Source of the DNA: Vulcanimicrobiota bacterium
GTDB lineage: Bacteria; Vulcanimicrobiota; Vulcanimicrobiia; Vulcanimicrobiales; Vulcanimicrobiaceae
Length of the DNA: 10,767 bases
Direction: 5' to 3'
Assembly (NCBI GenBank): GCA_003133025.1
Contig: PKZK01000157.1
Coordinates: 3,252-14,018 of the forward strand
A program made the translations under genes and the position numbers. Shown piece by piece: positions 1-6,206 of this stretch (its first letter is position 1; each line of letters opens with the position of its first letter). The notes below the pieces were generated by a model that was not told where the DNA came from, did no database searches, and worked only from the letters and a program-made list of their open reading frames with translations.

Positions 1-1109
1 TCGAGGAGGCTGCGGCCCAGCGCCGGCACGCGGCGCAAGCGCTCCGAAACGCGCGTCGAGACGAAGGGCACGTCGAGCATCAGGTCCACCGCGCGGCCCA
101 AGCGGCGACGGCCACGCAACAGGCGCGCGCGGCGCGCCGCATAACCGGCACAGTAGCGCGCTTCGCGCGCCGGATCGGCAAGCGATGCAGCGATCGTCGC
201 GGCGGCGTCGAGCCCGCCACGCAACGCCATGAACACGCCCGAACCCGTGAACGGGTTGAGGAAGCCGCTCGCATCGCCGGCCAACAGCGCACCCGGCGCC
301 GCGGCGGCGATCACGTCGAAGGCCAGGGGACCGATCGCGACGCGCGGACCGACGCGCGCCGCGACGTCGACGCCGCGCACGCCGCGCGCGAGTTGCGCGG
401 CCGTGCCGCGCATGCCCTCGTCGACGGCCGCCGACCACTCGCTCAATTGCGCTTCGCGCACCACGACCATGAGGTTGGCCAGGTCCGGTCCCAGCGGATT
501 GAGCGCGAAATACGCGCCGCCGCCGACGTACATCTCCACCCGCGCGCCGAGATCGCCGAAGCCGCGATAATGTCCGCCGAGCGCAAAGCGCTTCGGCCCG
601 CGCGAGGCGCGAACGAGCCCGAGTTTGCGCGCCGTGAGCGAGCCGCTGCCGTCCGCGCCGACCACGAACCGCGCGCGCAACTCGCGTTCGTCGCCCGCCG
701 GATCGCGCACGCGCACGCCCGCCGCACGGCCTCCGTCGAAGAGGATATCCTCGGCGCGCGCGAGCAGCACGCGGGCTCCGGCGGCGCGCGCGGCGTCGAG
801 CAAAAACGCGTCGAGGTCGGCGCGCGGCAACGAGCGCGCCGGTTCGCTGAAATCGAGTTCGAGCGGCTCGAGGCCGGGCGGCACGAGCCGGATGCCGTTG
901 AGCGGTACGCTTCGCGCGCGCACGCCCTCGCCCAGGCCCGCATCGTCGAGCAGGCGCAGCGCGCCCGCGTTGACGTACTCGCCGCAGGCTTTGGTGCGCG
1001 GAAAGGTCGCGCGCTCGATCACGGTCACCGCGATGCCGCGTCGCGCGAGGCCGAGCGCACAGATCGAGCCGGCCGGGCCGCCGCCGACGACGAGGACCTC
1101 AGAGTCCAT
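1..1109 (-). CDS. FAD-dependent oxidoreductase, geranylgeranyl reductase/FixC-like family (3' partial, runs off window start)
   Basis: Not in the ORF track because there is no stop inside the window. Manual translation from ATG at 1109 gives MDSEVLVVGGGPAGSICALGLARRGIAVTVIERATFPRTKACGEY (GxGxxG Rossmann motif, FPRxKxCG), then RADLDAFLL, FVVGADGSGS and LLAGDASGFLNPFTGSG (second FAD motif). The frame is open for 369 codons to the window edge. The start overlaps the methyltransferase 3' end by 11 nt. Confidence 0.92.
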   Translation of the reverse strand, partial: MDSEVLVVGGGPAGSICALGLARRGIAVTVIERATFPRTKACGEYVNAGALRLLDDAGLGEGVRARSVPLNGIRLVPPGLEPLELDFSEPARSLPRADLDAFLLDAARAAGARVLLARAEDILFDGGRAAGVRVRDPAGDERELRARFVVGADGSGSLTARKLGLVRASRGPKRFALGGHYRGFGDLGARVEMYVGGGAYFALNPLGPDLANLMVVVREAQLSEWSAAVDEGMRGTAAQLARGVRGVDVAARVGPRVAIGPLAFDVIAAAAPGALLAGDASGFLNPFTGSGVFMALRGGLDAAATIAASLADPAREARYCAGYAARRARLLRGRRRLGRAVDLMLDVPFVSTRVSERLRRVPALGRSLL

Positions 1110-1773
1110 CGTGCATCATCATCCGGAAGAACGGCTGCGGAACGGCGCTGGGCAGATTCCAGCCCGCGGAGCGTGCGAGGTCTTCGGCCTCGGCCGGGGT
1201 GTAGGCGCGCTGGACCGAGAGCGGACCGTCGTGACGCGTCAACGGGCTCGTCGCAAAGAGCGCGACGTAGAGGCGTGAAGCGGCGTGCGCGAGCGGCGAG
1301 CGGCTCAGATCGCAAACCAGCGGCGTGACCCGCGCGACGCGCCGCATCTCACGCAGCACCGCGATCGCCTCCTCGGGCTCGAAATGGTGCAGCGCGAGAT
1401 TACAGGTCACGATGTCGAAGCTCGCGTCGGGAAAAGGCAACGACGCGCCGTCGCCGCGGGTGAAGCGCAGCGCCGCATCGCCGTGCGAACGTTGGCGGGC
1501 GATGTCGAGCACGGTCTCGCTGCGATCGAGGCACACGATCTCGAGGCGCCGGCCGCGGCGGCGCGCCTCGGCCAGCAGGGCGCGCGGAATGTCGCCGCTG
1601 CCGCAGCCCACGTCGAGCAGCCACTCCGCCGGCCGCGCGAAGACTTCGCGCAGCACCGGCGCCACGCCGCCGAACCAGCGATTGGCGCGTTCGATGTCGT
1701 CGAAGTTGCGCGCCAATTCGGCCGGATCGACGCGCGGATCGTCCATCAATTCGTCGGCCGTGACGCGCTGCAT
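1099..1773 (-). CDS. Class I SAM-dependent methyltransferase (224 aa)
   Basis: Motif I LLDVGCGSGD, acidic end of strand 2 (CLDRS), and GDGASLPFPDASFDIVTCNLALHHF. The N-terminal ELMDD...NRWFGG and C-terminal HDGPLSVQRAYT resemble the methyltransferase subfamily typically encoded beside FAD oxidoreductases and type III PKS genes. Confidence 0.92.
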   Translation of the reverse strand: MQRVTADELMDDPRVDPAELARNFDDIERANRWFGGVAPVLREVFARPAEWLLDVGCGSGDIPRALLAEARRRGRRLEIVCLDRSETVLDIARQRSHGDAALRFTRGDGASLPFPDASFDIVTCNLALHHFEPEEAIAVLREMRRVARVTPLVCDLSRSPLAHAASRLYVALFATSPLTRHDGPLSVQRAYTPAEAEDLARSAGWNLPSAVPQPFFRMMMHDGL

Positions 1774-1783
1774 CAGCGCATCC

Positions 1784-1799
1784 CGCGGCTCGCGCCGCG
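1784..1799 (-). other. GC-rich stem-loop with GNRA tetraloop between ferredoxin and methyltransferase
   Basis: Minus strand reads CGCGGC-GCGA-GCCGCG (6-bp perfect stem). There is no U-tract, so it is not a canonical intrinsic terminator. Confidence 0.4.
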
Positions 1800-1815
1800 C
1801 CCGCCGCTTAGACCG

Positions 1816-2061
1816 CTAGACTTTCTTGAAATAGTCCGCGTTGATTTCGATGTAGTTCTTCCACTTGTCCGGAAGATCGGCATCGGCGTAAATCGCTTCG
1901 ACCGGGCAGGCCGAGACGCAGGCGCCGCAGTCGATGCAGACCTCGGGGTCGATGAACAACATCTTGTCGTCATCTTTTCCGTGGATGCAATCGACCGGAC
2001 ACACGTCGACGCACGACTTGTCCTTCGTACCGATACAAGGTTCTGTGATCACGTAGGCCAT
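1816..2061 (-). CDS. fdxA: Dicluster ferredoxin, 7Fe ([3Fe-4S][4Fe-4S]) type, short form (81 aa)
   Basis: [27 protein letters not shown] (C-x7-C-x3-CP) and [21 protein letters not shown] (CxxCxxCxxxCP), the signature of FdxA/Azotobacter FdI-like 7Fe ferredoxins. It lacks the long FdI C-terminal extension. Confidence 0.95.
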   Translation of the reverse strand: MAYVITEPCIGTKDKSCVDVCPVDCIHGKDDDKMLFIDPEVCIDCGACVSACPVEAIYADADLPDKWKNYIEINADYFKKV

Positions 2062-2241
2062 GGCTTGGCGCTATTGGGGGCGCCCAACGGCCGGTCCTCT
2101 CCGCCGGGGAGCGTTTTCGCACGACTTTTCATGCAGGTGGGAGTCCTGCCGCTGCTGGGAGCGACGGCTTTTGCCGAACACCGGGATAGCATGCCGACGG
2201 CCCCGCTTTCGCGAACGGGTACATATGGTGACCTCGTTCCG
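2062..2241. promoter_or_regulatory. 180-bp divergent intergenic region (ferredoxin / Clp ATPase), expected to hold both promoters
   Basis: The flanking genes diverge. SD-like GGTGA at 2227-2231 lies 10 nt before ATG 2242, and SD-like GGAGAGGA is on the minus strand at 2095-2102. Several short inverted repeats are present. No consensus -35/-10 pair was confidently identified. Confidence 0.55.
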
Positions 2242-4191
2242 ATGACCACGCTCTGCGAAACGTGCGGGCAACGTCCCGCGACCGTTCGAGATTTCACGCT
2301 GCGTTCGGGCTCTTGGGTCGAAGCGGAGGTCTGCGACAGTTGCGCCCGCCGCCGCCGCACCTCGGCGCTGCCCGTCGTGGGCTCGGCGCTGGCCGCCGTG
2401 GCGCTCGCGGTAGGGACCACCTTTGCCATCGACCGCCTGACCCGCAATCCGGAGCGCGAAGCGCAGCCCGGCAGCGATCCGCGCGAGTGGACCAAGCGTC
2501 TGCGCGGCGGCTCGCCCACGCTCGCGGCGTACTCGCGCGATTTGACCGCCGCCGCCCGCAACGGCGAACTCGACCCGGTCATCGGCCGGGACGACGAAAT
2601 CGAACGGGTCATCGCGATCCTGGCGCGGCGCAGCAAGAACAACCCGGTGCTCGTCGGCGAACCCGGCGTGGGCAAGACGGCGGTCGTCGAGGGCTTGGCC
2701 CAACGCATCGCGCGCGGTGAGGTTCCGGCAGTATTACGCGACAAGCGCGTGCTCTCGCTCGCCTTGGGTCCGCTCGTTGCCGGCACCAAGTATCGCGGCG
2801 AATTCGAAGCCCGCGTCAAGCGCATTCTCGACGAGGTGCGGCGGTCGGCGCGCGAGATCGTGCTCTTCATCGACGAACTCCATACGCTGGTCGGCGCCGG
2901 CGCGGCCGAAGGATCGCTCGACCTCTCGTCGATGATCAAGCCGGAACTCGCCCGCGGCGAGTTGCAGTGCATCGGCGCGACCACCTTCGACGAATACCGC
3001 AAGCACATCGAGGCCGACTCCGCACTCGAACGGCGCTTCCAACCCGTGACCGTGGCCGAGCCGACGATCGAGCAGACCGTCGCCATCCTGCGCGGACTCA
3101 GCAGCAAGTACGCCGTGCATCACGGCGTGACGATCGACGACGCGGCGCTCGAGGCGGCCGCATCGCTTGCGGCGCGCTACATCGCCGACCGCTTCTTGCC
3201 CGACAAGGCGATCGATCTGGTCGACGAAGCCGCGGCCTCCGTCGCTTTGCGCGGCGGCGTGTCGGTGAGCGTCGAAGACGTCTCGGGCATCGTCTCCAAG
3301 TGGACCGGCATCCCGCAAGGCTCGCTCGACGAAGCGCAGACGCGCAGTTTGCTGGCGCTCGAGAGCGCGCTCGGCAAGCGGGTCATCGGTCAATCCGAAG
3401 CGATCCGTTCGGTGGCCCAAGCGATCCGGCGCGGCCGGGCCGGCCTCAAGGATCCGCGCAAACCGCTGGGCGGATTCCTCTTCGTGGGCGCGAGCGGCGT
3501 GGGCAAGACCGAACTCGCCAAGGCGCTGGCCGGCGAACTCTTCGGCACCGAGGATGCGATCGTGCGCATCGACCTCAGCGAATACACCGAATCGCACACG
3601 GTCTCGCGTCTGCTCGGCGCGCCGCCGGGATACGCGGGTCACGACGAGCCGGGCCAATTGACCGAGCCCGTGCGCCGCAGGCCGTACTGCGTGGTGCTCT
3701 TCGACGAGTTTGAGAAAGCCCACGGCGACGTGGCCGCGATCCTGTTGCAGATCCTCGACGACGGACGCGTGACCGACTCGAAGGGCCGCACCGTCGACTT
3801 CCGTCACGCGATCGTGATCCTGACCAGCAACGCGGATCCCACCGAACTCGAGATGTTCATCCGGCCCGAGTTGCTCAACCGCATCGACGACATCGTGCGC
3901 TTCCACGACCTCGACCTCAGCGACATCGGCTCGATCGTCGAACTGCAGATGCACGAAGTGGCCAAGCGGCTCGGCGCGTTGCACATCACGATCGCCTTGA
4001 GCGAGCCGGCGCGCGAATTCTTGGCCAAGGAGAGCGTGGCCGCCGGCAGCGGCGCGCGCTACGTCGCGCGGACGATCGCGCGCTTCGTGACCAACCCGCT
4101 CTCGAGCGCCATCCTGCGCGGCGACATCAAAGAAGGCGGCAGCGCCAAGGTCGAGTTGCGCGGCGAGATGATCGACGTGATCGCCGCATGA
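2242..4191 (+). CDS. Atypical class I Clp/Hsp100 AAA+ ATPase (649 aa): ClpE/McsA-like Zn finger + hydrophobic helix + two AAA+ domains, no middle domain, no IGF/L loop
   Basis: NBD1: [22 protein letters not shown], pore loop [43 protein letters not shown]2: [38 protein letters not shown]. Start placed at ATG 2242 (MTTLCETC) because ClpE/McsA-type zinc fingers begin at the N-terminus and an SD-like GGTGA precedes it. The longer 968-aa ORF overlaps real opposite-strand genes. Confidence 0.93.
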   Translation: MTTLCETCGQRPATVRDFTLRSGSWVEAEVCDSCARRRRTSALPVVGSALAAVALAVGTTFAIDRLTRNPEREAQPGSDPREWTKRLRGGSPTLAAYSRDLTAAARNGELDPVIGRDDEIERVIAILARRSKNNPVLVGEPGVGKTAVVEGLAQRIARGEVPAVLRDKRVLSLALGPLVAGTKYRGEFEARVKRILDEVRRSAREIVLFIDELHTLVGAGAAEGSLDLSSMIKPELARGELQCIGATTFDEYRKHIEADSALERRFQPVTVAEPTIEQTVAILRGLSSKYAVHHGVTIDDAALEAAASLAARYIADRFLPDKAIDLVDEAAASVALRGGVSVSVEDVSGIVSKWTGIPQGSLDEAQTRSLLALESALGKRVIGQSEAIRSVAQAIRRGRAGLKDPRKPLGGFLFVGASGVGKTELAKALAGELFGTEDAIVRIDLSEYTESHTVSRLLGAPPGYAGHDEPGQLTEPVRRRPYCVVLFDEFEKAHGDVAAILLQILDDGRVTDSKGRTVDFRHAIVILTSNADPTELEMFIRPELLNRIDDIVRFHDLDLSDIGSIVELQMHEVAKRLGALHITIALSEPAREFLAKESVAAGSGARYVARTIARFVTNPLSSAILRGDIKEGGSAKVELRGEMIDVIAA

Positions 4192-4751
4192 ACGTCGCGG
4201 CGTTGGGCCTCGCGGCGACGCTGCTCGCCGCGACCGCGCCCGCGGTGCACACGCTGCCCGGCGGCGCGGCGCGCGCGCTCACGGTCGGCTTCGGATTCGT
4301 CACGCTGCACCAAACGCAGACCGCGGGCACGCTCGCCGGCATCGACGTGCACATCGGCGACTTGCCCGGCTGCTATCGGCTCAGTTTCGTGCCCGGCGAC
4401 CCGTCGAAGACCTCGACCGTGCGCATGGCCAAAGGCGGCGACGCGGGAGCGGCCGGCTGTCCCGACGGTCCCGCACCGGAATGGGTCGTGCCCGGCGCAG
4501 AGGCCGAAGCGATTGCCGCCGTGGTGCGGGCGTGGAGCAACGGCGCGCTGCCCGGGGCGCCGAGCCCCGACTTGATTGCCGCCGAGACGTTCTCGGTGAC
4601 GACGAGCGTCGTGCCCGAGGGTTCGAACGCGCCGGAACCCGGCACGATCGAGGTCGGCATCGTGCCCCAGCCCGCCAAGGCGGGCGTGTGCCCCAGATAC
4701 GATTACGATCCTGCGAGCGGCGAAATCGCGAAGCTACCCTCGACCTGCTGA
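4188..4751 (+). CDS. Hypothetical putative secreted protein (187 aa, 4 Cys)
   Basis: ATGA overlap with the Clp stop codon, GC-rich third positions like neighbouring genes, and a hydrophobic N-terminus [19 protein letters not shown] ending in A-x-A (no basic n-region). It fills the gap to the convergent gene. No family recognised with confidence. Confidence 0.75.
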   Translation: MNVAALGLAATLLAATAPAVHTLPGGAARALTVGFGFVTLHQTQTAGTLAGIDVHIGDLPGCYRLSFVPGDPSKTSTVRMAKGGDAGAAGCPDGPAPEWVVPGAEAEAIAAVVRAWSNGALPGAPSPDLIAAETFSVTTSVVPEGSNAPEPGTIEVGIVPQPAKAGVCPRYDYDPASGEIAKLPSTC

Positions 4752-4770
4752 AGGCTGACTTCTTCGCGAC

Positions 4771-5271
4771 CTACTTCTTGACGATTTCCTTGATCGCGTC
4801 TTCGATCTCTTGGTTCGACATCTCGCCTAATCGATAGGTGCTGATCTTGCCGTCGCGAGCGATGAACACGTGTACCGGCAGCGCCAACGTGCCGTACTCC
4901 TTGCCGGTCGAGCCGCTATCGTCGAGCAGCACCGTGAACGGCAGCTTATATTGATCGACGAACGATTTCGCTTTCGCCTCCGGGTCCAACTCGTTGACGC
5001 CCAGCGCGACCAAGCCTTGCGGGTGATACTTCTTGTAGAGCTTGACGATCGAAGGCGCTTCCTCGTTGCACGGGCCGCACCACGACGCGAAGAAGTTCAG
5101 ATAGACGGGTTTGCCCTTGAATGCGGCCAGCGTCTGCGTCTTGCCGCTGCCCAGAATCTTGAGCGAGATCGGCGGCGCGACGTCGCCCGCGCGCGGAACG
5201 GCGAGCGCGGCGAGCGGCAGCGCGGCAACGGCGGCCGCGAACAGCGCGGCTTGGGGCATGCGAGCGGGCAT
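4771..5271 (-). CDS. TlpA/ResA-family thiol-disulfide oxidoreductase with N-terminal export signal (166 aa)
   Basis: GDVAPPISL, FKGKPVYLNFFASWCGPCNEEAP (WCxxC active site), cis-Pro motif ALPVHVFIARDGKI, and hydrophobic leader ALFAAAVAALPLAALA. ATG 5271 was chosen because GAGGAG lies just upstream; GTG 5283 and ATG 5259 are alternatives. Confidence 0.92.
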   Translation of the reverse strand: MPARMPQAALFAAAVAALPLAALAVPRAGDVAPPISLKILGSGKTQTLAAFKGKPVYLNFFASWCGPCNEEAPSIVKLYKKYHPQGLVALGVNELDPEAKAKSFVDQYKLPFTVLLDDSGSTGKEYGTLALPVHVFIARDGKISTYRLGEMSNQEIEDAIKEIVKK

Positions 5272-5279
5272 CGATCTCC

Positions 5280-6206
5280 TCACGAAACGGTGAAGGCGGG
5301 AAAGCGGACGTTACCGGCGTCGTCCTGCATCTGCGCGACCAGTTCCTCGGACGAGCCGAACGCGCGCTGATCGCGAACGAAGGCGAAGTCGCGTAGCGCC
5401 AGTTCTTCGCCGTAGATCGTTTGGCGGAAATCTTGCAGCCACGCTTCGATGGTCTTGGCCCCCGGCCCGAAGGTCGGATTGTCGCCGATCGATACGAGGC
5501 CGCGATAGTCCCGACCGGCATAGCGTCCGGTGGCGGTGTACACGCCTTCCTTGGGCACGAGTTTTCCCGGCGGCACGTCGAGGTTGGCCGTGGGAAAACC
5601 GAGGTCGTGACCGCGCCCGTGTCCGAGCACGACCCGTCCGCGTAGCGCGTAGGGTTCGCACAAGAGCCGGTCGGCCAGAGCGAAATCGCCGCGCTCGATC
5701 GCGGCGCGCACCCGCGTGCTCGAGATGCGCTCGCCGCCTTCGAGCACCGGCGGCACGAAGTGCGCCGTCGCGCCGCGCTCGGCGAGTACGGCGGCAGCGA
5801 GCGCGCTATCGCCGCGACGGCCGGAACCGAAGCGGAAGTTGGCGCCCGTGACGAGCGCGCGCGCGCCCAGGCGGCCGAGCACGATCTCGTCGAGGAACGC
5901 GCGCGCTTCGCAGCCCGCGAGTTCGGCATCGAAGGGCACGAGATAGAGTTCGTCGATGCCCGAGGCCGCGAGCAGGTTGACCCGCTCTTCGGTGGTGGTG
6001 ATCAGCGGCGGTACGCTCTCCGGACGCAAGTGCGTGGCCGGATGATTGCGGAAACTGAGCACGGCGGCGCGATAGCCCGGACGGCGCAAGCGCAAGAGCG
6101 CGCGGACGATCTCGCGGTGGCCGCGGTGGAACCCGTCGAAGAAACCGATGGCCAGGACCAGCGGCCGGTCGGACTCGCGCGGCGTCAGCGCGTGATGGAT
6201 CTTCAC
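5280..6206 (-). CDS. ribF: Bifunctional riboflavin kinase / FMN adenylyltransferase (308 aa)
   Basis: IGFFDGFHRGH (HxGH), GANFRFG, ISSTRVR, GRGHDLGFPTANL, SIGDNPTF. Start GTG at 6206 overlaps the truB stop (GTGA), matching canonical truB-ribF synteny. Confidence 0.96.
   Translation of the reverse strand: MKIHHALTPRESDRPLVLAIGFFDGFHRGHREIVRALLRLRRPGYRAAVLSFRNHPATHLRPESVPPLITTTEERVNLLAASGIDELYLVPFDAELAGCEARAFLDEIVLGRLGARALVTGANFRFGSGRRGDSALAAAVLAERGATAHFVPPVLEGGERISSTRVRAAIERGDFALADRLLCEPYALRGRVVLGHGRGHDLGFPTANLDVPPGKLVPKEGVYTATGRYAGRDYRGLVSIGDNPTFGPGAKTIEAWLQDFRQTIYGEELALRDFAFVRDQRAFGSSEELVAQMQDDAGNVRFPAFTVS

Noticed and set aside
393..1328. Long plus-strand ORFs (393..1328, 229..570, 625..1278) in an apparently unannotated region
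   Set aside because: They are antisense shadows of the minus-strand FAD oxidoreductase, which the ORF track missed because its stop is outside the window.
2136..2185. Superficial resemblance of the ferredoxin leader to a fluoride riboswitch (GGTGTTCG...GACTCCCAC on the minus strand)
   Set aside because: It lacks the conserved GATGG and GCTGATGAC/GCTAATGAC elements, the pseudoknot would be mismatched, and no fluoride-related gene is downstream.
1285..2241. 319-codon N-terminal extension of the Clp ORF (968-aa call)
   Set aside because: It is antisense to the clear methyltransferase and ferredoxin genes and has shadow-ORF composition. The zinc finger marks the natural N-terminus at 2242.
2131..2241. 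Alternative Clp starts at ATG 2131 ([15 protein letters not shown], signal-peptide-like) or ATG 2191
   Set aside because: No convincing SD, a short h-region without a basic n-region, and they would consume most of the divergent promoter region. Not fully excluded without N-terminal data.
2062..2241. Heat-shock operators (CIRCE, CtsR heptad repeats) or a SigB/SigF-type promoter upstream of the Clp gene
   Set aside because: No TTAGCACTC-N9-GAGTGCTAA or GTCAAA repeats are present. GGGTAC at 2217-2222 resembles a SigB/SigF -10 element, but there is no GTTT-like -35 at proper spacing.
2242..4191. Calling the ATPase clpB, clpC, clpE, clpA or clpV, or a pseudogene
   Set aside because: The domain set fits none of them: no Clp_N repeats, no M-domain, no IGF loop and no T6SS neighbours. 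The frame and all catalytic motifs are intact, so decay is not supported.
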